A stretch of 38,698 bases of DNA from Fidelibacterota bacterium UBA7300 (GTDB lineage: Bacteria; Fidelibacterota; Marinisomatia; Marinisomatales; UBA2128): contig DKQU01000009.1 of the NCBI GenBank assembly GCA_002471865.1, forward strand, positions 1,993 to 40,690. The letters run 5' to 3'. This document shows, one piece after another, positions 8,784-16,767 of the stretch; the first letter of the stretch is position 1, and every line of letters starts with the position of its first letter. Under the pieces are notes generated by a model. The model was not told the DNA's origin. It made no database searches and saw only the letters and a list, made by a program, of their open reading frames with translations. The position numbers were made by a program, and so were the translations under genes.

Positions 8784-10741
8784 TTATTGGATCAATTTTT
8801 CTTTTAAATATTCTTTTTTCACAGGGATTTTTACATGTCGAAAACGGGAATATTGTTGATGGTGAAGGTAGTCCAGTTATTTTAAAGGGTTTGGGTTTAG
8901 GCGGGTGGTTAGTTCCAGAAGGTTATATGCTCAACATACCAGGATATGGTTCACCCACGGAGATCGAAAATAAAATTGAAGCTTTACTTGGGGCTGATCT
9001 CGCAGCAGAATTTTGGGTTCTTTATCATGAAAATTATGTAGCACAAGCGGATATTGATCAGATTGCAGAATGGGGATTTAATTCTATTCGAATCCCATTT
9101 CATTACAAACAATTTTCACCATTACCAGGTGAAGTAAATCAATTTGGGTATGATATCATTGATTCACTTTTGTCATGGTGTGCACCTTATAACATGCATA
9201 TTATTTTGGATATGCATTGTGCTCCCGGTGGACAAAATAATGGCGAGATTAGTGACAGTGATGGTGTGGCTCGCTTATGGCTTGAGGATGGATATAAAGA
9301 GCATACCATTGAGATTTGGCATTCCATTGCTGAATATTATGCCGATGAGACCCTAATCGGTGGATATGATCTCATTAACGAACCTGTATTACCCGATGGA
9401 ATCAGCAGCGAAGATTTAAGAGAGTTGTACATTGACATTACCAATTCGATCCGGGAAGTAGATACAAACCATCTTCTCTTTATTGAAGGGAATTGGTATG
9501 GTACTGATTTCACTTCCTTGACGCCGCCGTGGGATGACAATATGTCCTATTCCTTTCATAAATACTGGAATGATGTAACGCAGGGCACCATCCAATATTT
9601 AATTAACATGAGCAATACTTATAATATTCCACTTTGGTTGGGTGAAACAGGGGAGAACTCAAATCACTGGGGATATGAAGTCATGCAACTTTGCGAATCA
9701 AATGATATAGGGTGGAACTGGTGGACTCATAAAAAACTGGAAAAAATAACAAGCCCGCTTTCAGCCATTATTACACCTCAATATCAGGATATTCTTGATT
9801 ACTGGAACGGTAACGGAAGCGAGCCAAGTACAGAATATGCCCAGGCTGCCCTGTTTGGTATGGCTATCAACTTAGCTATAGAAAATTGTGAATCCAGGCC
9901 GGGTGTTATTCCTGCACTAATGGACTCAACATATGGTGAATCACCCGTTCCTGTAACAGCTCATTCCATACCGGGAACAATCGCAGCGGTTGATTATGAT
10001 ATTGGTGCGCGAAATGTTGCCTACACTGATGTAGATTATATGAATACTGGAAACGGTGGTTATAATTGGGGTTGGTCCTACAGAAATGATGGTGTTGATA
10101 TTGAAGCTAACGGCGATGAAAATGGTCTACCCTATAATGTGGGCTGGACCGCTGTTGGTGAGTGGATCGGCTATACCATAGAAGATGTGACTGCCGGTAC
10201 TTACGATTTACTGGTCAGGGTATCCAGCAATGTAGACGGCGGGATTTTCTTCCTGGAACTCAATGGAACCAATTTAGGCGTTTTTTCTGTACCACATACC
10301 GGTGGCTGGTGGGCTTGGGAAACGATGACTATCCCAGATGTAATTATTGGTGATGAACCGCAATACCTGAAACTAATGACTGTCCAGGAAGGTTACAATA
10401 TTGAAGGGTTCACTTTTAGCGAAACAGCTAATTCTGGAGATGACGGAAGCGAAGAACTCATTCCCAAATCTTTTACACTGGGGAATTATCCGAATCCATT
10501 TAATTCTCAAACCACGATTTTCTATGATGCTCCATTAACCACTGATGTAAATCTAAGTATCTATGATATCAACGGCGTACAAGTAAAAAGGCTTTATTCC
10601 GGGTTAAGTAGTATTGGGGAAAACAAATTTATTTGGAATGGGGTTAATGATTTAGGTATGTTAGTGAGTTCTGGTGTCTACTTCTACCGACTTGAAGGCA
10701 ATGATTTTGTGCGAACCAGAAAAATGGTTCTAGTCAAATAA
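8765..10741 (+). CDS. GH5 glycoside hydrolase (beta-glucanase, possibly exo-1,3-beta type) + CBM6-like module + T9SS C-terminal sorting domain
   Basis: FNSIRIPFHY, ILDMHCAPGGQNNG, DLINEP (acid/base NEP) and LWLGETGE (nucleophile) are GH5 motifs. The CBM6-like region reads IPGTIAAVDYDIG...GWTAVGEWIGYTIEDVTAGTYDLLVRVSS..GGIFFLELNG. The CTD reads NYPNPFNSQTTIFYDAP...SGVYFYRL...RKMVLVK. The track start is GTG 8765, but ATG 8774 (MRIIIGSIFLLNILFSQG) is likely. Confidence 0.8.
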   Translation: MYSMRIIIGSIFLLNILFSQGFLHVENGNIVDGEGSPVILKGLGLGGWLVPEGYMLNIPGYGSPTEIENKIEALLGADLAAEFWVLYHENYVAQADIDQIAEWGFNSIRIPFHYKQFSPLPGEVNQFGYDIIDSLLSWCAPYNMHIILDMHCAPGGQNNGEISDSDGVARLWLEDGYKEHTIEIWHSIAEYYADETLIGGYDLINEPVLPDGISSEDLRELYIDITNSIREVDTNHLLFIEGNWYGTDFTSLTPPWDDNMSYSFHKYWNDVTQGTIQYLINMSNTYNIPLWLGETGENSNHWGYEVMQLCESNDIGWNWWTHKKLEKITSPLSAIITPQYQDILDYWNGNGSEPSTEYAQAALFGMAINLAIENCESRPGVIPALMDSTYGESPVPVTAHSIPGTIAAVDYDIGARNVAYTDVDYMNTGNGGYNWGWSYRNDGVDIEANGDENGLPYNVGWTAVGEWIGYTIEDVTAGTYDLLVRVSSNVDGGIFFLELNGTNLGVFSVPHTGGWWAWETMTIPDVIIGDEPQYLKLMTVQEGYNIEGFTFSETANSGDDGSEELIPKSFTLGNYPNPFNSQTTIFYDAPLTTDVNLSIYDINGVQVKRLYSGLSSIGENKFIWNGVNDLGMLVSSGVYFYRLEGNDFVRTRKMVLVK

Positions 10742-10874
10742 CCCCGGCTTAATAATTCATTATGAAAAGCCAATCCCTGTTTTTACCTAATAAGTGACTT
10801 CTTCGAAAAGATTATCTTAGCCCTGGCGTGGTTTTACCTTTTTACACCGTTAACTGATTTTAGTTTGTGAAGTG

Positions 10875-11843
10875 CTACGGGGCTGTAATGGAAACTTTTA
10901 CTGCTAAGTGATCGGAGTAACCTCCCAGTAACTTGTTTCCCGCCCAGAAGCGATACGGATAGTGCCGGTAGTTACCTGACTGTTGGCGGTACTTCGGCAT
11001 GTCGAGTATTGCGGTAGATCCTTCTACTACGATGAGTCCTTCTTCCTGCATCAATCCCCGGCTGACGATAATCTGATCGATAATCTCATCTTCTCCGCGG
11101 TAAACGTAAGTGCCCACGTTGGGCTTGCTGATGAATGGGATCATGAGGTTTTGTAGTCGGAAAGCAGGATTTTCTGACCTGCGGGAGAGCAGGCTCTGGA
11201 CGTTATCATCCAACGGTTCTTCGTTCAGATCACCTATGATCACTATTTCTGCACTCGGGTCACCAGTTAAGATGTCCATTATATGCTTTCTGAGCAGAAT
11301 TGATGTCTCAGCCCGCTTCGGGATCGCCTGTTCTTTACCGCCATAATTTGAGGGCCAGTGGTTAACGAATATGTGGAGTTTTTCCCCGCCGAATTCACAA
11401 ATAGCATATAAAATATCACGGGTAAGTTTTCCGGAGGAAAGTCGATTAGCTATAGCTTTGGAATCCAGAACTGTCAGGACCTCCGGATCATACAAAAGTG
11501 CGCAGTCTATCCCTCTGCGGTCAGGAGATTCGTAATGAACAATGTTATAATTCCGACCGGTGAACTCCTTATTCAGCTCTTCCAGAACGAAGCGGTTCTC
11601 AACTTCGCATAGTCCTACTATGTCTGCATCCAGGTCAGCCAGTACTTCCGCACAGTGTTCCAGTTTCAGATCGTAAATTTTCTGTGTCACATCCTTTTTG
11701 CCACCTAAGGCAAATTCCTCATCGTTTTTTCGAGGATCATCCTCCAGATCAAAGAGGTTCTCCACATTCCAGAAAGCGACGGTAAGCGTATCGCTGGCTA
11801 CTAGGAGTAGTGGGCATAAGAGAGTAAGCAGTAATTTTTTCAT
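10875..11843 (-). CDS. Secreted endonuclease/exonuclease/phosphatase (EEP) family protein
   Basis: Signal peptide MKKLLLTLLCPLLLVAS. LTVAFWNVENLFD, DIVGLCEVEN, NHWPS and a C-terminal YSDHLAV are typical EEP-fold motifs. Confidence 0.75.
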   Translation of the reverse strand: MKKLLLTLLCPLLLVASDTLTVAFWNVENLFDLEDDPRKNDEEFALGGKKDVTQKIYDLKLEHCAEVLADLDADIVGLCEVENRFVLEELNKEFTGRNYNIVHYESPDRRGIDCALLYDPEVLTVLDSKAIANRLSSGKLTRDILYAICEFGGEKLHIFVNHWPSNYGGKEQAIPKRAETSILLRKHIMDILTGDPSAEIVIIGDLNEEPLDDNVQSLLSRRSENPAFRLQNLMIPFISKPNVGTYVYRGEDEIIDQIIVSRGLMQEEGLIVVEGSTAILDMPKYRQQSGNYRHYPYRFWAGNKLLGGYSDHLAVKVSITAP

Positions 11844-12520
11844 TATGTTAAGTCCTCATTAAAAGCTTTTTGAGCATTTGAGATAAATTCGTTTACTTTG
11901 GAGAGATCGTTCCTCATCCCTCCGTTCTTGACACCCGTGTGTACATCTACTCCGGCAGGCTGTACTTCACGAATTGCTTCGGATACATTCCCGGCATGTA
12001 GCCCGCCCGCCAGGATAACAGGACGCTCAGACAGTTCCACCAATCTGTGGCTGACAGTCCAATCGTGAGTGAGACCCGTTGCTCCCATGGCACCGGTGGC
12101 GGAATCGTATGTGTCGGTGATGAAAGCGTCTACATGAGGTGAAAAGTACTCTACAGCCTCTTCCAGAAGAACGAGATTGTCCTCCCGGACCACCAGACTC
12201 TTGATGATAGATAAATGGTGTGCTGCCGTTTTTATACGAGCGATTTCTTTAGTCGGAATATCGCCATGAAGTTGCACCCACGTCACTCTCAAGTAGCTGC
12301 AGAACTCTATGATCTCATCAGCTTTGTCAAGATATGTGATCAATACTGGAGTCGCTTTATCTTTGAGAAAGTGAATAATCTCCTTTGCAGATGATTCTGA
12401 TAGATATGGGTTGTGTATATCTAGGCGGAGAGGGAATCCGATGGCATCCGCACCGGCAGAAACTATAATTTCGGCATCGGCGATATCGTGGACTCCGGCG
12501 ATCTGGATATAGTTTTTCAT
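11843..12520 (-). CDS. trpF: Phosphoribosylanthranilate isomerase (TrpF)-like protein
   Basis: MKNYIQIAGVHDIADAEIIVSAGADAIGFPL...WVQLHGD...ATGLTHDW...PVILAGGLHAGNVSEAI...PAGVDVHTGV matches the PRAI (TIM-barrel) pattern. The ORF extends to 12577, but ATG 12520 gives a canonical N-terminus. Its stop overlaps the EEP start by 1 nt (TAATG). Confidence 0.7.
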   Translation of the reverse strand: MKNYIQIAGVHDIADAEIIVSAGADAIGFPLRLDIHNPYLSESSAKEIIHFLKDKATPVLITYLDKADEIIEFCSYLRVTWVQLHGDIPTKEIARIKTAAHHLSIIKSLVVREDNLVLLEEAVEYFSPHVDAFITDTYDSATGAMGATGLTHDWTVSHRLVELSERPVILAGGLHAGNVSEAIREVQPAGVDVHTGVKNGGMRNDLSKVNEFISNAQKAFNEDLT

Positions 12521-12588
12521 AGGAATCAATTTATGGAATTTAACCTGTGAAGCGTCAATGGACAGTATTAAACTCACATCTCAACCTT

Positions 12589-13245
12589 ATGGAAGCGACA
12601 AGATATAAGCACATCATCTGGGACTGGAACGGTACACTGCTGGACGACGCCTGGCTCTGCGTGGATATTATGAACGTCGTTCTCTCTCGCCGGAAAATGC
12701 CGGTCATTTCCCTTCGACAATATCAGGAGCTGTTCGATTTTCCAGTTGTTGACTACTACGTGAGGTTGGGTTTTGATTTTGAAAAAGAGTCATTTGAGAT
12801 TGTTGGAACGGAGTTCATCGATTACTATGAAGAACGACGACATGAAGCACCATTGCAGAAAGAAGTTAAGGCGGTGCTGAGGACCGTTCGTGAAGCAGGG
12901 ATTACGCAGTCGCTTCTCTCCGCCTACAAGCAGAGTACACTCAACGAACTGGTGGCGTATCATCGGTTGAACGACTACTTCCTAATGGTAATGGGCCTGG
13001 ATAATCACTACGCTCACAGCAAAGTCGAGATCGGTAAAGCGTGGATGAACGAGCTGCACTACGGGCCTCACGAAGTTCTCTTCATTGGTGATACCGTTCA
13101 CGATCATGAAGTGGCGGAGGCAATCGGAGCTGACTGTCTGCTGGTTACCAGCGGTCATCACCGTCGTGAAAAACTTGAAGAATGCGGTGTGCCCGTTTTA
13201 AGTTCTATCTGTGATGTGGTGGATTTTGCTGTGATGAAATATTGA
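12589..13245 (+). CDS. HAD-superfamily hydrolase (phosphoglycolate-phosphatase-like fold)
   Basis: HIIWDWNGTLLDD (motif I), SLLSA (motif II), HSK (motif III) and FIGDTVHD (motif IV). The track ORF starts at GTG 12547. ATG 12589 is preferred because it avoids the trpF-like gene region. Confidence 0.7.
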   Translation: MEATRYKHIIWDWNGTLLDDAWLCVDIMNVVLSRRKMPVISLRQYQELFDFPVVDYYVRLGFDFEKESFEIVGTEFIDYYEERRHEAPLQKEVKAVLRTVREAGITQSLLSAYKQSTLNELVAYHRLNDYFLMVMGLDNHYAHSKVEIGKAWMNELHYGPHEVLFIGDTVHDHEVAEAIGADCLLVTSGHHRREKLEECGVPVLSSICDVVDFAVMKY

Positions 13246-13255
13246 GGATAGTACG

Positions 13256-13459
13256 ATGAAACAAGGTACAGTAAAAGAATACGACAGATACAAAGGGTTC
13301 GGATTTATCACAGGAGATGACGGCGAGGATTACTTTGTCCATGCACGGGGCTTGAGAGTGGATCTTCAAGATCGAGGATTGCGGCCGGGTCAGCGAGTAG
13401 CATTCGATGTGGATTTCGACATGAAGGGTGATAAAGCCGTGAATGTGAGACCAAAATGA
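13256..13459 (+). CDS. csp: Cold-shock-domain protein (CspA family)
   Basis: 67 aa. GTVKEYDRYKGFGFITGDDGEDYFVH contains RNP1-like KGFGFI and RNP2-like FVH. GAGGA lies upstream. Confidence 0.85.
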   Translation: MKQGTVKEYDRYKGFGFITGDDGEDYFVHARGLRVDLQDRGLRPGQRVAFDVDFDMKGDKAVNVRPK

Positions 13460-13484
13460 CCAAGGCCCTCGCTGGCGGATTTAG

Positions 13485-14429
13485 TCAGCTTACCGCAGGT
13501 TCCAACAGTTTAAGCGAAACGTAACTATCATCAGCCTCAAGGCGGGTCGGGATACCCAGCGGAAGTGTAGCCAAGTGACGGCCGTGACCGCACGGGAAGT
13601 TGGAGACAATGGGATAATCGCCATCTCCGCACACATCCATCACAATTTCATCTATAGATTTTCCAAATGGAATCTCTTCATCCTCGATGTTGATCATCTG
13701 TCCCACAATGATTCCGGCGATCCTGTCGAGTTTTCCGGCTCGCTTCAGCTGTAGCAGATCCCGGTCAATACGGTAGAATTTCTCATCCACGTCCTCTACG
13801 AATAGAATTGTCCCTTCCGTATCAAAATCCCAGCGAGTGCCGATCATTTTAGAAAGTAGAGTCAAGTTTCCGCCGAAGAGTTGACCGGTTACTTCGCCTG
13901 TTCGCAAGACTGTTGGCTGCAGTTCATTGGGAAACTCCAGTTTAGAAGGGTCATCACCACTGAGGACGGACAATAGATTGTTCAGTGTAAAGGGGTCTGC
14001 GGACTTCTCGAAGTTCCACAGCATGGGACCGTGGAAAGTAGTAAGTCCGCACTCTTTCTGTATAGCGCAGTGGAGGGCTGTGATATCGCTGAAGCCGACA
14101 AAAATTTTGGGATTGTCTCGAATGATCGAGTAGTCGAGTCCATCCGTAACACGGATTGAACCGTAACCACCCCGGGCACAGATGATAGCATCAATCTCAG
14201 GATCGGCAAAAAGCTCTTCCAGTTCACGAATCCGTTCTTCCGTGGATCCAGCATACTGATTCTCTCGGAGATGACATGCTGGCCCGAATTTCACCATGTA
14301 TCCTGCATCAGTCAAAACTTGAGCTGCAGTTCCGAGCTTATCCTTGGTCGTCCACCTTGCCGGTGAGGCGATACCGATGGTGTCTCCGCTTGGAAGTCGA
14401 GGCGGTTTTATAATACTATTCAATCTCAA
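13485..14429 (-). CDS. ldcA: LD-carboxypeptidase (muramoyl-tetrapeptide carboxypeptidase, peptidase S66)
   Basis: GDTIGIASPA, ARGGYGS, VGFSDITALH (nucleophile Ser) and FPCGHG (His) form the S66 pattern. There is no signal peptide, so a cytoplasmic location is expected. Confidence 0.85.
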   Translation of the reverse strand: MRLNSIIKPPRLPSGDTIGIASPARWTTKDKLGTAAQVLTDAGYMVKFGPACHLRENQYAGSTEERIRELEELFADPEIDAIICARGGYGSIRVTDGLDYSIIRDNPKIFVGFSDITALHCAIQKECGLTTFHGPMLWNFEKSADPFTLNNLLSVLSGDDPSKLEFPNELQPTVLRTGEVTGQLFGGNLTLLSKMIGTRWDFDTEGTILFVEDVDEKFYRIDRDLLQLKRAGKLDRIAGIIVGQMINIEDEEIPFGKSIDEIVMDVCGDGDYPIVSNFPCGHGRHLATLPLGIPTRLEADDSYVSLKLLEPAVS

Positions 14430-14628
14430 TGTTACTGTTGGCGATGTATTCCCGTTCGGAGAGCGACAGATTGATCTCCTTTTCCGCTAATCCCGTAGGT
14501 CTCACGGCTCTAGAAGTTTTACCGCCATGACCTGGATCAAGACAGAAGGAGACGCCAGAGAAATCCTGTCCGCTGAATAGCGATATAATCAACACTGAGA
14601 GATAAAGTGATATCTTAATATGATTCAT
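14416..14628 (-). pseudogene. Truncated N-acetylmuramoyl-L-alanine amidase (Amidase_3) remnant: signal peptide plus the first ~40 aa of the catalytic domain
   Basis: The 70-aa ORF reads MNHIKISLYLSVLIISLFSG..FCLDPGHGGKTSRAVRPTGLAEKEINLSLSER. It matches the start of AmiA/AmiC/CwlD-type domains (.DPGHGG.D.GA....G..EK..NL......L) and then stops. Its 3' end overlaps the ldcA start by 14 nt, so there is no room for the rest of the domain. Confidence 0.5.
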
Positions 14629-14632
14629 AAGA

Positions 14633-16756
14633 TTACTTCAGCAGCAACAGTTTTCTGGTCAACTGAAATGTTTCTCCACTGCCTAAAGGGTTAAACTCAC
14701 CTTTTAGCAAATAGACTCCACTGGCTGCTTCATCTCCATTCCAGTTGAATTTATACTCTCCACTCTCAACTTTACTATTCACCAGTTCATCTACCTCCCG
14801 TCCAAGGATGTCATGGGCAGTCACCCTAATTTTGCCGTTTGTTGGTAAATTGAAACGGATGGTAGTGCTGGAGTTAAAAGGGTTGGGATAGGCATCTATT
14901 GAGAAGTGGTTTGGGAGAGAAGGTTCTTCTGAAACTTGCAAATCTTCCAGGAGCCACTGAGTGATTTCCACCATCAGTTCATCATCCGGTTCCGGGCCAA
15001 ATAGCATCTCCGGGGGTGGGGTAGTATACAGGAACTGATATGCCTGCACGCCGAATGAGTGTCCTTCACTATCTTCCAAAATAGTAGATCCAATGAATGG
15101 ATCTATTTCAGCAGTGTTTATGGAATCCAATACATACCACGAAGTGTCTATCTGGAACGTTTGTCCCCAGAAACCAGTCATTTCATCTGGGGTAGCAGTT
15201 GATGGACCGGCAGAAAGACTCAGTTCCTCCAAATACAACTGACCCAAGGAATCGGAACTGAAACCCTCTAAGAGACGGCTACCAATCAGCCATGTGCCGT
15301 TGAAAAAGTCTCGTAATTGTTGTGTTAGCGAAGACGGTAGAGGATCAGCATCATCCAGAGTATAGATAATCTTTCCCTCATGTAAAAAATAAGTGGTATC
15401 CAGTTCGAATAGATCGTCGTTAACCGTTTCAAACGGGAAACCAATTCTGTCCAACCTTTGACCAAGCAGCGCCACAAAAGGGTGGGATGATTCAGTCCAT
15501 ACACCGTCTGTTCCGTCAAAAGCATCAACAATGACCAATGGTAAATTGGAGTCTCCCAACCGTAGCCCGTAAATGTCCGATTGTTCACTCTCATTTGGAA
15601 AAGGAGCATTGTCCACCGCCGTCAATTTGAAGTAGATGACCAAGTCCTGTGAGAAAGACGGAGCTATAAATTCAGAAGTGGTATCGGTCAGGACCGATTC
15701 ATCGTGATTGCTGGTCCAAGTTTCCATATCATAGCTGAAGTACAGACGATAACCAGCCAGGTCTTCTTCCGTGTTCGGCAGCCAGCGGATACTGAATCCC
15801 TCGCCTTCGCTTAGGACAGAGAGAAGAGTAGGTGCCGCTGGAGCTTCATTGTCCTGTTCAGTAACCTCGAATTCAACAGTCAAAGTGTCAATATTGTCTC
15901 TCGTATCCCAACAGAAAACTCTGGCGTTGTAGAATCCCTGCTCCCAATCGGTGACGTTCACGGATCCGTTATGGGTCAGGTGATTAGAAACGATGTAGTG
16001 ATACACGCTGGTGTTGGAGCCCTGGTGGAATACGTTGTGGACGTATGAATCGGTAGCCGGGATTTCATCAAACAGGTAGGGGAATCTAGGGCCTGCCACT
16101 ATGCTGTCATTCTGATCCACGATGTCGAAGCCAATCTTGTAGATACCGTTGTTCCCGCCGTAGGGACCCATGTCGGTTAGATCCGCAGACCGACTGACAA
16201 TATCCACCAGTCCGAATACACGATTATCAGTGAATTGGTTCGTAGTGCCGTCCTTAAAGAAGCGGATATTCATCACTTCGGGTTCGTAAGGGTCCTCGAA
16301 TGGATCCAGACCACCGCCATCCCGCAGGGCGTTAATCTCCGAACCAGGATATCCATCCTTGAAGTGGATGTGATTCCAGGAATTGGTCGTACCAAGGACA
16401 GTCTCAAAAGCGGTGACTTGATTACCCACAGAGAGTCCGGAGGCAGGATTTACATGTACATAAGCGTAACGTCCTACCCGAACCCAAGAGTTAATCCCGT
16501 AATCTGACGGCCAGCCGATGCTTGTGACAGTTCCATTAATAACAGAGTACACTTGGCCACCAGCAGATAGGTGCATGTCCACACCGTCGTGAAAGTGATC
16601 GATGGACCCGGATGTTCCTTCCCGGTTTTCGCAAAAAGTACCGTTGATCCAGTGCTGTTCGTCAAACGGTTCGCACGGCCAATTGTAGGAGTCAGCCCAA
16701 ATGAGCTGAAAACTTCCAGCAATAATAAAGATAGATGTTAATTTGAATCGGTTCAC
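14633..16756 (-). CDS. M23 (LytM-type) metallopeptidase + Fn3-like + uncharacterised ~200-aa module + T9SS C-terminal sorting domain
   Basis: Signal peptide. HFHDGVDM (HxxxD) and NHIHF (HxH) are M23 zinc ligand motifs. The Fn3-like region reads APAAPTLLSVLSEGEGFSIRWLP..LAGYRLYF. The module LPLVIVDAFDG... is shared with the GH18 protein. The CTD reads AYPNPFNSSTTIRFNLP...SGVYLL...RKLLLLK. Confidence 0.8.
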   Translation of the reverse strand: MNRFKLTSIFIIAGSFQLIWADSYNWPCEPFDEQHWINGTFCENREGTSGSIDHFHDGVDMHLSAGGQVYSVINGTVTSIGWPSDYGINSWVRVGRYAYVHVNPASGLSVGNQVTAFETVLGTTNSWNHIHFKDGYPGSEINALRDGGGLDPFEDPYEPEVMNIRFFKDGTTNQFTDNRVFGLVDIVSRSADLTDMGPYGGNNGIYKIGFDIVDQNDSIVAGPRFPYLFDEIPATDSYVHNVFHQGSNTSVYHYIVSNHLTHNGSVNVTDWEQGFYNARVFCWDTRDNIDTLTVEFEVTEQDNEAPAAPTLLSVLSEGEGFSIRWLPNTEEDLAGYRLYFSYDMETWTSNHDESVLTDTTSEFIAPSFSQDLVIYFKLTAVDNAPFPNESEQSDIYGLRLGDSNLPLVIVDAFDGTDGVWTESSHPFVALLGQRLDRIGFPFETVNDDLFELDTTYFLHEGKIIYTLDDADPLPSSLTQQLRDFFNGTWLIGSRLLEGFSSDSLGQLYLEELSLSAGPSTATPDEMTGFWGQTFQIDTSWYVLDSINTAEIDPFIGSTILEDSEGHSFGVQAYQFLYTTPPPEMLFGPEPDDELMVEITQWLLEDLQVSEEPSLPNHFSIDAYPNPFNSSTTIRFNLPTNGKIRVTAHDILGREVDELVNSKVESGEYKFNWNGDEAASGVYLLKGEFNPLGSGETFQLTRKLLLLK

Positions 16757-16767
16757 GGAATCAGTCC

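Noticed and set aside
10742-10874. Expected terminator between the convergent GH5 and EEP genes
   Set aside because: I found only short imperfect palindromes (for example around TTCGAA) with no G+C-rich stem followed by a T-run. The convergent spacer at 30518..30607 also shows none.
12521-12588. Mutually overlapping 5' extensions of the trpF-like ORF (to 12577) and the HAD ORF (from GTG 12547)
   Set aside because: The internal ATGs at 12520 and 12589 give canonical family N-termini (MKNYIQIAGV.. and MEATRYKHIIWDWNGT..). They also leave a 68-nt divergent intergenic region. The extensions carry no conserved motif.
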